A stretch of DNA of 64,000 bases from Nitrosopumilus sp. (GTDB taxonomy: Archaea; Thermoproteota; Nitrososphaeria; Nitrososphaerales; Nitrosopumilaceae): the NCBI GenBank assembly GCA_965238275.1, contig OZ250186.1, forward strand, positions 704,001-768,000, given 5' to 3'. Position 1 is the stretch's first letter, and every line of letters begins with the position of its first letter. Position numbers and translations under genes: made by a program. Below the pieces are notes generated by a model, which saw only the letters and a program-made list of their open reading frames with translations, had not been told where the DNA came from and did not search any database. Positions 1-9,546 of the stretch are shown here, piece after piece.

Positions 1-904
1 CCTGCTCCTCAAGCTGCGTATGCAGCTCCTTGATCTTCTTTTCGGAGCCGCCTGACTGGATAGTTCTTCCCTCCCTTAGGAGCGACTCTGTAAAGACGGC
101 ATCAAGCCCCCCGATGAAGTCATCGACTGGCTTGCATGACTCGTCTAGGGGATCCAGCGTGACTGGGAGGACCTCTGCCTGCTCGTCTCCCACTATTACG
201 GGGTTGTGTCTTCCAGAGATCACGTCTGAGACAATCCCCTTGGTTGTCTCAAACACGCCCCTGATCTGCTCCGGGCTCAACTGGGTGCCTGCAGCCTTTG
301 AGTCGATCTTGGCAATACCGAATATGCCTTCTACATACCTTCTTGGCAGCCCCAGTGTCCTTCCAAGCCATTTTGCAGCACCAAGTTCGGTCGTTCCAAG
401 CCCGTCAAAGTCGGACCCTGTAATGTTGAATATGTCCAGACTGTTCTGCGGAGGCGGAACATACTCCAGCCCCACGCCAAGCTTCCTGTGCCTGACGTCG
501 ATGGAGTGCTGTAGCGCAAGAATCTTCATCTGGCTGTTGCAGAGTATGATGTTGCCGTCGCCGAAGAACTCGCCTACCAGGACGAACTCCTTTTCAAATC
601 CCTCAAAGACAAGATAGGCCACCCTCTCTGAGCCGATCTGCCGTATCTGCTTGAGCTTGAGCCGCAGCAGATCGCTGCGCAGCCTCCTTTGCAGCCGGTT
701 CTCTGCAATCTGCTCTATTCTTACCGAGGTCAGCCAGATGCCTGACGTGGAGATCATCATGAAGATATCACTCTTCTCCGTGTGATGCATCTTGAAGAGT
801 ATGCTGTCCCGGTTTATTCCATAAATATTACTGACGTAGTAGTCCCTGACCTCTTCAGATATCCTGTCCACAAGGTACCGCAGTTCAATTCCAGCCAGAG
901 CCAT
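1..904 (-). CDS. NFACT/Rqc2 (RqcH-like) ribosome quality-control protein, 3' end beyond window
   Basis: Manual translation from ATG at 904: MALAGIELRYLV...IRQIGSERV...LVGEFFGDGNIIL, the typical NFACT-N motifs. Open to the window edge. Confidence 0.85.
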   Translation of the reverse strand, partial: MALAGIELRYLVDRISEEVRDYYVSNIYGINRDSILFKMHHTEKSDIFMMISTSGIWLTSVRIEQIAENRLQRRLRSDLLRLKLKQIRQIGSERVAYLVFEGFEKEFVLVGEFFGDGNIILCNSQMKILALQHSIDVRHRKLGVGLEYVPPPQNSLDIFNITGSDFDGLGTTELGAAKWLGRTLGLPRRYVEGIFGIAKIDSKAAGTQLSPEQIRGVFETTKGIVSDVISGRHNPVIVGDEQAEVLPVTLDPLDESCKPVDDFIGGLDAVFTESLLREGRTIQSGGSEKKIKELHTQLEEQ

Positions 905-1112
905 CGGGTTGTCACTGGGTATCCGGGTTTATACTTTTACTGTTTGTTGCATTTATCTGGAGTCACGAACCCCCATCACCCGGACGCGCATCTGGAGTAT
1001 GGGATTGAATTCTGGAGATCCTATGCATGAATTTATCCAGATAACTGCCCAATTCCCTTCATAAGCAAGGCTTTTATTCCAGAGGAAAAGTTGCAAATCT
1101 AGTGAATAATTA

Positions 1113-1358
1113 GTGTCCCAACCGAGCGGCTCAAAAAGACCTCTAACAACTCTTCAAAAAAGTACGAAAAAGAGGGTAACAGTAAGACTCAAGAATGAAG
1201 TCGAATACAAGGGGAAGATGGACAATGTTGATTCGTATATGAATTTGATTATGACTGATGCAGAGGAGCTACACGACGGTAGAGCCATTGCAAATTATGG
1301 CAGAGTGATTGTCAGGGGCAACAATGTCCTGTTTATCAAACTAGAAAATGAGCTCTAG
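1113..1358 (+). CDS. Sm/Lsm-like RNA-binding protein
   Basis: 81 aa; Sm1 motif YKGKMDNVDSYMNLIM and Sm2 motif VIVRGNNV. Confidence 0.93.
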   Translation: MSQPSGSKRPLTTLQKSTKKRVTVRLKNEVEYKGKMDNVDSYMNLIMTDAEELHDGRAIANYGRVIVRGNNVLFIKLENEL

Positions 1359-1370
1359 TTAGGCGATTTC

Positions 1371-2537
1371 ATGGCCAACGGTTTTCTGTTTACATCCGAA
1401 TCCGTAACAGAGGGGCATCCAGACAAGCTGTGCGACAACATCTCTGATGCATTCTTAGACGAGTATCTCAAACAGGACAGGGACTCGCGGGTGGCAGTCG
1501 AGACGATGGTGACTACTGATTTTGTGGCAGTCTCCGGCGAGGTAACATCCAAGGCTGACCTTGACAGGAAGGCACAGGAGGAACTGATAAGAAAGACGAT
1601 CAAGGAGATAGGATACGACAACAGGGATCTGATGTTTGATGCCGATACATGCCAGGTAAACCTGAGGCTGCACTCGCAAAGTCCGGATATCAGTCAGGGC
1701 GTGACTGCCACTCAGGACAGAGAACAGGGTGCAGGTGATCAGGGATTGATGTTTGGTTATGCGACAGACGAGACTGAGGAGATGATGCCCATGCCTATTC
1801 TGCTTGCGCACAGGCTGACTCAAAAACTCTCTGAGGTCAGAAAGAATGGAACCCTGCCATGGGTCAGGCCAGACGGCAAGTCGCAGGTATCTGTACGATA
1901 CGAGGACGGCAGGCCTGCTGAGATTGAGACGGTTGTGATCTCAACCCAGCACAGCCCGGAGATATCCCATGATATGATTACTTCTGAGATCACAGAGAAG
2001 GTAATCCGGCCTGTTCTAGGCGCGCGCTGGCGTGACGGCATTAAGATCCATATCAACCCTGCCGGAAAGTTTGTAATCGGAGGGCCCCACGGGGACGCCG
2101 GACTGACCGGAAGAAAGATCATCGTTGATACGTATGGCGGATTCGGCAGGCACGGCGGCGGAGCCTTTTCCGGGAAGGATCCCTCCAAGGTGGACAGATC
2201 CGCCTGCTACATGTGCAGGTATATAGCAAAGAATCTTGTTGCTGCAGGACTGGCCAGTCGGTGCGAGGTGCAGCTTGCATATGCAATCGGAGTGGCAGAG
2301 CCGGTATCCCTGTATGTAAACACGTTTGGAACAAACACAATTTCTGAAAAACAGATTGAGAGTCTGGTCAGGGAGAACTTTGACATGAAGCCGTCGGGAA
2401 TAATCTCGGAGCTGGACCTGAAGAGGCCGATATACAAAAAGACGGCATCATACGGGCATTTTGGAAGGGACGAGCCGGAGTTCTCATGGGAGAGAACCAA
2501 CAAAGCCGAAACCCTAAGAAGGTCTGCCGGACTCTAG
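1371..2537 (+). CDS. metK: S-adenosylmethionine synthetase (bacterial/eukaryal type)
   Basis: [19 protein letters not shown] and [16 protein letters not shown] signatures. Confidence 0.97.
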   Translation: MANGFLFTSESVTEGHPDKLCDNISDAFLDEYLKQDRDSRVAVETMVTTDFVAVSGEVTSKADLDRKAQEELIRKTIKEIGYDNRDLMFDADTCQVNLRLHSQSPDISQGVTATQDREQGAGDQGLMFGYATDETEEMMPMPILLAHRLTQKLSEVRKNGTLPWVRPDGKSQVSVRYEDGRPAEIETVVISTQHSPEISHDMITSEITEKVIRPVLGARWRDGIKIHINPAGKFVIGGPHGDAGLTGRKIIVDTYGGFGRHGGGAFSGKDPSKVDRSACYMCRYIAKNLVAAGLASRCEVQLAYAIGVAEPVSLYVNTFGTNTISEKQIESLVRENFDMKPSGIISELDLKRPIYKKTASYGHFGRDEPEFSWERTNKAETLRRSAGL

Positions 2538-3386
2538 AACCCCCGTCACCGATCGGAACCTCATCTTGGATACCCTTTGCAGTCTGGAATGATCCCCACA
2601 GAAGCCGCCTGCCAGTATGCCCAGATCGTCAACCCCAAAATACGTTCTCGGGTTAACTATTGCGGTGTGGTATGCCTCCTCCAGACTTATCCTCCTGATC
2701 TTCGTGTGGGCTCCTCCTCCTCCTCCTGCAAGGCACCTGGCATACTGCTCAAGGGTGACTGATTCGGGGCCTACAAGATCAAGTATCCTGTTTCTGAATC
2801 CAGGATATGTGACGGATCGAAGTATCACCTCTGAGACATCGTCTATGTGAACCGGCTGCATGGCATATCTGTCCGATCCAGGAATCTCAATTGTTCCATT
2901 TCCCATCTGCCTTCTGAAATGCCTTGTAAGGGAATCGCCTCTTCCCACTATGTACGAGGGCCGGAAGATGGTATGGTCCAGTCCCGACCCCGCAACGACC
3001 CTTTCGGCCTTGAATTTTGAGATAAAGTATGCCAGAGGCGTGCCTGCAGAGGCGCCCAGGCCGCTGACGTAAATGATCTTCTTAATTCGGGCACTCTTGC
3101 ACAGATCCACGGCATTATGCGCCGATTCTACGTTTACTGCATCATAGCCTGTCCTGACAGACTGCCTGCCGATCCCTACAAGATGAACCAGCGCATCTGC
3201 ATCGGCAGCCTCTGAGACTGCACGTCTTTCGGTATAGTCCCCTGATACGACTCCAGTCTCGCCATGGAATGTCTTGATGCTGTCCCTTGATATTGAGACC
3301 AGCCGCCGGTTGCCTCCTGCAAGGTACCTTCTGAGATTCCGCGCAACATAGCCGCTTGCCCCGGTAACCACCAGCTTCAGACCCAT
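2514..3386 (-). CDS. NAD-dependent epimerase/dehydratase (atypical SDR, NDUFA9-like)
   Basis: VTGASGYVA Rossmann motif, [20 protein letters not shown]. Confidence 0.85.
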   Translation of the reverse strand: MGLKLVVTGASGYVARNLRRYLAGGNRRLVSISRDSIKTFHGETGVVSGDYTERRAVSEAADADALVHLVGIGRQSVRTGYDAVNVESAHNAVDLCKSARIKKIIYVSGLGASAGTPLAYFISKFKAERVVAGSGLDHTIFRPSYIVGRGDSLTRHFRRQMGNGTIEIPGSDRYAMQPVHIDDVSEVILRSVTYPGFRNRILDLVGPESVTLEQYARCLAGGGGGAHTKIRRISLEEAYHTAIVNPRTYFGVDDLGILAGGFCGDHSRLQRVSKMRFRSVTGVLESGRPS

Positions 3387-3450
3387 GGAGATACCGAGCC
3401 TCTTCTGACTTTAAGTCTATTTGGGGTAAACCGTTCCCGGCCCCTGCTGC

Positions 3451-4050
3451 TCATTCCGGCTTGGTAGCTGACACTATTGTTACCGGATTCCGTGCAAGCA
3501 TCATGGTGCCCGTGCTGGTCCTTCTGCTCTTGGAGATTGTAACCTGCGTGATGTCGACAGAATCAAACTCCAGCACGTCAAGCACCCGCAGTACGGCATA
3601 AAGCGTCTCGATCAGTATGGTTCCGATGACGATCCTTCCCCCGCCCTTGAGTCTCTTGTGGCACAGCTCCACTATAGCAGCAGTATCCCCACCCGTTCCG
3701 CCTATGAATACTGCATCTGCAGTGTCCATGTCCGGAATCCTCTCCTTGGCGTCCCCGTGAACCTGCAGGACGTTTGAGAGTCCGAACCTGCTGGCATTCC
3801 TTCCTGTCAGTTCTATTGCGTTGATGTCGCGGTCCACTGCAAGCACCCTGCCTGACTCCCCTATCTGGATGGCGGCCTCGACTGAGATTGAACCGCTTCC
3901 GCAACCGATGTCATAGACTGTCTGTCCTGGACGGAGCCTGGCCTTGCTGATCTGGATTACCCTTACCTCCTCCTTTGTTATCGGCACCTTCTCGGTGCGC
4001 TCAAACATCCCGTCTGGAATCCCGGGAGTCCTAAAGTCCCACATGTTCAC
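3451..4050 (-). CDS. cbiT: Precorrin-6Y/cobalt-precorrin-6B C15-methyltransferase (decarboxylating)
   Basis: PITKEEVR, YDIGCGSGSISVEA, FIGG and ARNPV motifs. Confidence 0.92.
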   Translation of the reverse strand: MNMWDFRTPGIPDGMFERTEKVPITKEEVRVIQISKARLRPGQTVYDIGCGSGSISVEAAIQIGESGRVLAVDRDINAIELTGRNASRFGLSNVLQVHGDAKERIPDMDTADAVFIGGTGGDTAAIVELCHKRLKGGGRIVIGTILIETLYAVLRVLDVLEFDSVDITQVTISKSRRTSTGTMMLARNPVTIVSATKPE

Positions 4051-4058
4051 TCTTCAGG

Positions 4059-4538
4059 CTAGACGTTGATCCCACTGGAGACGCTTCCCGCATTGGCTAA
4101 TGTATGGGTGACTATCCATGTAAACAGATACAAAAAGACATAGCTTCCGATTGCCTGCGTGACGACCTTCTTCCTGTCAGACGAGGCCAGTTGCATCTTC
4201 ATGTTCTTTGCAACCACTATAGTTGCAAGAAATATGATGATCATGAATCCGATTGAGGCCCACCTCTTGTCCTCCCCTTCTATATCCTCAAAGATGAATG
4301 TCGCGGCAACTCCTGCAATTACGGCAAGGCTTACCCGCAGCCAGTAGAGAAAGTTGAGTTTTCTGGTGTTCTCGCTGCTCCTGATCCCTTCCATCTTGGG
4401 CTCGCCTGAAGGTGCCGACGGCAGGGAGGTCCCGGAATCCTCCGCATTCGGGGTGGCATCCCCAGACGCACCGGATGGCACCTTCTTGCTGCCAGGATCA
4501 GACGTTGGTTGAGATCTCTTTTTTTTGAATCGTGCCAA
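4059..4538 (-). CDS. Hypothetical membrane protein (3 TM)
   Basis: 159-aa ORF with hydrophobic segments. Confidence 0.7.
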   Translation of the reverse strand: MARFKKKRSQPTSDPGSKKVPSGASGDATPNAEDSGTSLPSAPSGEPKMEGIRSSENTRKLNFLYWLRVSLAVIAGVAATFIFEDIEGEDKRWASIGFMIIIFLATIVVAKNMKMQLASSDRKKVVTQAIGSYVFLYLFTWIVTHTLANAGSVSSGINV

Positions 4539-4706
4539 GTAAATTTCTAGCGTGTCTTCATCAAACCTTGTTTAAAATCTTTGGTAATTTTGGCTCTGTT
4601 CAATTATGGTGATCTGTAGCATTTGCTGTTCAAAAGAGGCATTCCTAAAATCTCGGAACGATTCTGGATTTTGCAGTCACTGCGACGATGCTTATGATTG
4701 CGACAG

Positions 4707-6147
4707 CTATAGCGGCGAGCGAAAGTTCGTGCAAACAGATCTCTCTGTAGCGTGTCCTGATGCTCTTTCCGGCGCTCTGTCAGACCTTCCAATATTGTCG
4801 TCGTTGTCGGGTCCAAGCCGACCTGTCGAATTGTTCATTCCAGAACCATCCGATCCGTGATCCTCGCGCCTTGTGACGACCTCGACACCCGCAATGGTGT
4901 CTCCACGATTCCCGTGGGCTTGGCCGCCAGTCTCCTCCGTATGGAGACAGTCATTATCCAGAATGTTTTTTGCCGCGTTCTTGTCGGCATGGTGGCACCA
5001 TCCGCATGAGACGCAGACAAATGATTCGCCGTTCCTGGATTTCTTGTCCACTACCCCGCAGGCAGCGCATCTCTGGCTTGTATGTGCGTGTTCCACGCGT
5101 CTTGAAATTCCGCCTTTCTTTTTCATCTGCCATTCAACCTGGCTCCGAAACTCGCCCATTCTGGAATAGGCCATCTCGCGGTTCAACCCCGTCTTTGAAG
5201 CGGCCCCGTTGGATCTCCTCATCCTGGTCAAATCCAGGTCTTCCAAGAACAATACGGACAGTCCTTTTGTTATCCGCCTGGCAATGTCGGCCTCGTTGTG
5301 TTTTTGCCTGTTTGATATCTTTTTCAATTCATGCGTTATCCTGCGGCCGATCTCTTTCCATCTTCTGGAGCCTGGCTGGCATCTTGATCTAAATGATTTC
5401 AGCTGATCAATCCTGTCGCCGTCATGCCTCTTGCAGCCTCCGGGGACACTGCAGTTTTTCATTCCCGTCCTCGTCTGCGACTGCCGCAAGGTGCCTGACT
5501 CCAAGATCCAGCCCTGCCTTGCATCCGCGGCCACCGCCTGTCGCAGGTTCGGGGTCTGGGACTTCTATCTGCAAATGCAGTTTGAATTCGCGATCACCAT
5601 CCTTGGTCTTACGCGTGACCTTGCCTGTGGTGTCAATCATCTGGAATGACACGAGCCTGCCTTCCGGAGCCTTCGTGCGTGGCCTTGCTTCCCCGAGTCC
5701 GGGCAGAAATACGGTGCCGTCGTCCCGCAGTTTTGGCTTTGCGCGTGAATTCAGCGAGCGCAGCCTGGTTGTTTTCCTGCCGCGCCTCATCAGGCTGGAC
5801 GGCTCGGTCCACCGATTGTGCTTGTACGTCTTCTTTTTCCCCAGCTTGATCTGTCTCTTGCGCCAGATGCGCTTGTTGTGCTTGAGCCGGTTTGCCTTGC
5901 GGAATTTGACTGCCGCCTGGAAAGCCTGTTTTGAGGCGGCCTCATGCATGTGGACGCTGCTGGCCAGGTTGAATTCCCTGCGCCATCCTGTTATCAGGTT
6001 GTTGACATCAAACTGTGTGATCCGTGAGTGTGCAAGTTTCATCATGATTGTCATGTCGTAAATGATGTCTGTTTCCCGGGAGCATTTCACGATCTTGCGT
6101 GACAGTTCCCGAGATTGTGTTATCTTGATGATTTTACTGACAATCAT
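4707..6147 (-). pseudogene. tnpB: TnpB RNA-guided endonuclease, frameshifted near 5455
   Basis: ORF 5422-6147 ends with RuvC-I (GLDLGVRHLA). ORF 4707-5534 carries RuvC-II (LEDLDL), a zinc finger (TSQRCAAC...CVSC) and RuvC-III (HADKNAAKNI). Confidence 0.9.
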
Positions 6148-6215
6148 ACCTGTAGTTGGGATTTATTTTCTTAAAAAGGATCTCAAAAAATTGCACGAAC
6201 TTTCGCTTTTCACTA
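4710..6215 (-). mobile_element. TnpB-only element with TIRs and TA target-site duplication (IS630/Tc1-like ends)
   Basis: Left end TAGCGGCGAGCGAAAGTTCGTGCAA versus reverse complement of right end TAGTGAAAAGCGAAAGTTCGTGCAA. Flanked by TA at 4708-4709 and 6216-6217. Removing it restores CTAG and the host reading frame. Confidence 0.88.
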
Positions 6216-6370
6216 TAGTACCATCATGGCAATCGTGCAGAACTCAAGTACGACGTTTTCCCATGCGACTTCCTCGCCAATTGGTCCTGTGAACTCGGTA
6301 TCTGGGAGACCGAAACCGTTGAAGGTAACAGTAACCTCTACCGGATCTGCGGAGGCCAGCGGTGCTGTGG

Positions 6371-6570
6371 GGCTCTGGTAAATTCTAGTGGGCTGATCAC
6401 CAAAATTTACCACCAAGGTGCTAGGATGACTTGTCTCACTTTTGAACAGGCCCGTAGAAGGTACCACACTTTTGAACACCGTGATGAAACATGGTAAGAT
6501 TGAATCTGGAGAAGATCCAAAAACACACTTTTGAAGTGAACGGCAGAGATCACCAGAATTTAACAGAGCC
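6371..6570. mobile_element. 200-bp MITE copy 1 (IS6-like GGCTCTG ends)
   Basis: Ends GGCTCTGGTAAATTCTAGTG and CACCAGAATTTAACAGAGCC are inverted repeats. Nearly identical copy at 9117-9316. Abruptly truncates the PEFG gene. Confidence 0.75.
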
Positions 6571-7215
6571 TACGGGACCGCGTTTGCCTGGATGGGACTC
6601 GTGCCACTGCGACGTGTTTTGCGCAGTCTTTGTACCTGCTGCGAATGGTCATACACGTTGCTCCGACCATGCAAAAAATTCGGGCAGTAATCATGAAGAA
6701 TCAGCATTTATCCCTTGATCCATGCTCATCGATACTCTTACCCTTCGATGTATTCTTGGCTGATTACTGCCTTGATTAGTTAACGTCGTTGTGAAATAAA
6801 AGTATATTTTAGGAATAGTGAACGCCTGTTTGATTTTTCCATTGTTTCTGAATGATTCAAAAGCGGGGGGAGGCTGTTGGAAATTATGGGTCCCTTCCGT
6901 ACCCTGCATGCGTGCGGTTCGGGTCCGGCTTGGCGATCCAGAAGCGGGGATTGGGAAGTCAAGTCAGTTCGCCTGGCTGCGATTCTGACTGCGGAGTTTC
7001 AGCCGCAATCGGATCCGGCACAGTACGCAAAAACCTGACTGGGTAGGCGTTCACGGTCACTGCGATGTGACAGCTCTGGGGCAGGGGCATCTGATATCTG
7101 CCAGGAGGCAGGACTGCCGGTGGCAGCTGCCTTGAAACGAATGCAGGCAGTTCGGGAAAATTCCAAATCCGAAGGGGCGTCAAATCATTTAATGTATGAA
7201 CGCCACTAAAAAATA

Positions 7216-7902
7216 GTGCAAAAGGATAGGCTGTCTGAATGGTTTGTGCCCAAGTTCGGCTCTAGGAATTTTCGGCTATCAATAGGAATCCTGTTTCTGC
7301 CCTACACCGGAATGGTGGTATCCTTTACCGTGTGGGGCTCCCTCTCGGTGGACTTCAGTCTTGACAGGCTGGCGTCAGCCTGCCTGCTCTATTTCCTTGC
7401 AATTGGGATATCCGCACACTGTCTTGACGCACTAGGAAGCAAAAAAAAGCCTTGGGGACGCATATCGCCATCAAAGCTCTGGCTAGTATCGACGGTTTCC
7501 CTGACTGCCTCCCTTTCCATCGGGCTGTACTATGCATTTTTGGATTCCTGGCTGCTGTTCCCGATAGGGGCCATCGAGGTGTTCTTTCTTTTGGCGTATA
7601 ACCTGGAGCTGTTTCGCGGCAAATTCCACAACAACACGTCGTTCGTCATATCCTGGGGGGTCCTGCCAGTTTTTGCCGGCGCCTCAATCCAGTCAAACGC
7701 CGTATCAGTCGAGACCGTAGTGCTTTCCGCGATTGCGGGACTTGCAAGCTATGTCCTCATAACCACGTCCAGAAAATACAAGGAGCTGAAGCGTCAGAAC
7801 GTAGGCCGCGGGTCGTACTACAGAAAGGAGGCAGTTCTCAAGGTGACAAGCCTGGCGGTGATATCTGGCACGGCCTGCTTTTTCATCTTACGGTATCTTT
7901 AA
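7216..7902 (+). CDS. Integral membrane protein, possibly UbiA-prenyltransferase-like
   Basis: 228 aa, multiple TM helices, AHCLDALG and LAYNLE motifs. Confidence 0.6.
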   Translation: MQKDRLSEWFVPKFGSRNFRLSIGILFLPYTGMVVSFTVWGSLSVDFSLDRLASACLLYFLAIGISAHCLDALGSKKKPWGRISPSKLWLVSTVSLTASLSIGLYYAFLDSWLLFPIGAIEVFFLLAYNLELFRGKFHNNTSFVISWGVLPVFAGASIQSNAVSVETVVLSAIAGLASYVLITTSRKYKELKRQNVGRGSYYRKEAVLKVTSLAVISGTACFFILRYL

Positions 7903-7911
7903 TTCATGTAA

Positions 7912-8364
7912 ATGGGATACCATTGTATGAAGTCAGGTTCCGATATACTTCTGGCCAGGATACTGGACGCCCCCGTGGGCCAGGTGGTCACCGTCCTGGG
8001 GGAGGTCCTTGACTGTGCCGTCCAGCTGCAGGTGGTGGAGCAGAACGCCGTTGCGCCCAATCAGTTCGTAAGGAAGGTCGCGATTACCGCGCGCGGGCTG
8101 CCTGTCATAAAGGCAAGCGTGAAATTTGACTCCGCCGTGCTGCCTGAGTCCGTCATGGGCGAGCTTCTGAGGAAGAAGCGCGGCATCGGGACCATTCTCA
8201 ACGTCAATGGCATCGCCGCAACCAGAAGGATCCTGTCCCTGGACCTGCATCCGGGTCAGGGCATAACCTTGAGGGAGTACGAACTCGTTCACGGCGGGGC
8301 CGTGTGGTTTACCATATTTGAGGAGATAAACCTAGACAGTCTTGGTTCCGACAAGCACGGCTGA
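7912..8364 (+). CDS. Hypothetical protein, chorismate-lyase/DUF98-like fold
   Basis: Resembles the DUF98/UbiC pattern: T.VL...L, RKV.I, IG.IL, REYEL...IFEEI. Confidence 0.5.
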   Translation: MGYHCMKSGSDILLARILDAPVGQVVTVLGEVLDCAVQLQVVEQNAVAPNQFVRKVAITARGLPVIKASVKFDSAVLPESVMGELLRKKRGIGTILNVNGIAATRRILSLDLHPGQGITLREYELVHGGAVWFTIFEEINLDSLGSDKHG

Positions 8365-9015
8365 GGAGCCCCACGTCAGATCCTGCCTGCGGGTTTCCAG
8401 TCCGTGATCTTCCATGGCCTCCTCGTACTCCTGCACCCAGTTTGAGGCCCTTATCAGGCGGGGCAGGTCGGCGAAGACCTGTCTCCAGCTTGGGGTGAAA
8501 AGGCCCGCGAGATTCAGCAGCCTGAAATAAAAATCCCACATTCTGCGCACCGGGCCGGCCTTCGGATATGTGAAGTCATGCAGAATTATCTTCCCGCCGG
8601 CATCGAGGTGGTCAAGGCAGCTCCTGATCAGGGTATCCGGCGTGCAGTATTTTGGCAGGTATGACGCAGTGATGCAGGAGAACTTTTCCCCGAGGCTGAG
8701 CTTTTCGGCATCCTGGTTTACAAAGGAGATGTTCCGGTGCGGGGCCGACTTCTCCATGGCCTTCTCAAGGTACCCCTGGGTAACGTCGACGCCCACTATC
8801 TCCGCGCCCGGCAGCATTTTTGCAATCTGTCTCGTAAGGATGCCCGTACCGCAGGCAAGATCCAACACGTTTTTTTCATCAGACAGGTGCTCCAGAATCT
8901 TACGTTTCCAAAGGCCGTCCTTGCCAAAGGTGGTCCAGCTGACTATCCTGTCATACGAGCTGGCGTTGCTGTTAAAAAATTTCGGGACCATGCACTTCGG
9001 ACTCTCTTCGGCCAT
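8332..9015 (-). CDS. Class I SAM-dependent methyltransferase (UbiE/MenG-like)
   Basis: FFNSNASSYDR, VLDLACGTG, GGKIILHDF. Confidence 0.85.
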   Translation of the reverse strand: MAEESPKCMVPKFFNSNASSYDRIVSWTTFGKDGLWKRKILEHLSDEKNVLDLACGTGILTRQIAKMLPGAEIVGVDVTQGYLEKAMEKSAPHRNISFVNQDAEKLSLGEKFSCITASYLPKYCTPDTLIRSCLDHLDAGGKIILHDFTYPKAGPVRRMWDFYFRLLNLAGLFTPSWRQVFADLPRLIRASNWVQEYEEAMEDHGLETRRQDLTWGSSAVLVGTKTV

Positions 9016-9116
9016 GCTTACTGCCGGTTTTTTTGTCTAAAGTAGTTTGTGAGTAGGCAGCCTCCCTTAACGACTAGGGTCCGCGGGGCCGCCTTGGGGG
9101 AGGGGGATGCCTGACG

Positions 9117-9380
9117 AGCTCTGGTAAATTCTAGTGATCTGATCACCAAAATTTACCACCAAGGTGCTAGGATGACTTATCTCACTTTTGAACAGGCCCG
9201 TAGAAGGTACCACACTTTTGAACACCGTGATGAAACATGGTAAGATTGAATCTGGAGAAGATCCAAAAACACACTTTTGAAGTGAACGGCAGAGATCACC
9301 AGAATTTAACAGAGCCAGAAGATCCAGAAAGCTCACTTTAGAACAGTAAATCCCTCAGATCACCATATTTGAACAGAACC
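9117..9380. mobile_element. MITE copy 2 (9117-9316) plus an extra nested end to 9380
   Basis: About 4 differences from 6371-6570. A second TIR-like terminus AGATCACCATATTTGAACAGAACC ends at 9380. Confidence 0.72.
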
Positions 9381-9546
9381 GTAATTTTCAGTCACGAGCC
9401 GCATCATGTACCCCACACGGCATGCATCCGGGTGCTGCATGGACGGTCAATGCCTTCCGTGCAACGGTCCTGCGGTGCCGCCGTCTGAATGCGCTTCTGA
9501 CATGAATACCTGCACCGTTTAAATCATCAGACATACTTTCCAGAAC

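Larger units (their letters stand above)
4645..6370 (-). pseudogene. PEFG-CTERM protein 3' fragment, split by the TnpB element (pieces 6216-6370 and 4645-4709) and 5'-truncated by a MITE
   Basis: Rejoined pieces read TAPLASADPVEVTVTFNGFGLPDTEFTGPIGEEVAWENVVLEFCTIAMMVL|AVAIISIVAVTAKSRIVPRF*, closely paralogous to the ends of the genes at 55541 and 58276. PEFG has decayed to LEFC. Confidence 0.9.

Noticed and set aside
1371-2537. Bacterial-type metK as recent horizontal transfer
   Set aside because: This type is usual in Nitrososphaerota, and the context and composition are ordinary.
4707-6147. Cas12f or Fanzor-type effector
   Set aside because: No adjacent array, and the canonical TnpB RuvC-II EDL arrangement is present.
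6371-6570. CRISPR mini-array (recurring CACTTTTGAAC)
   Set aside because: The motifs are only about 11-13 bp and irregularly spaced, and the whole block including the spacers is duplicated with TIRs. It fits a MITE better.
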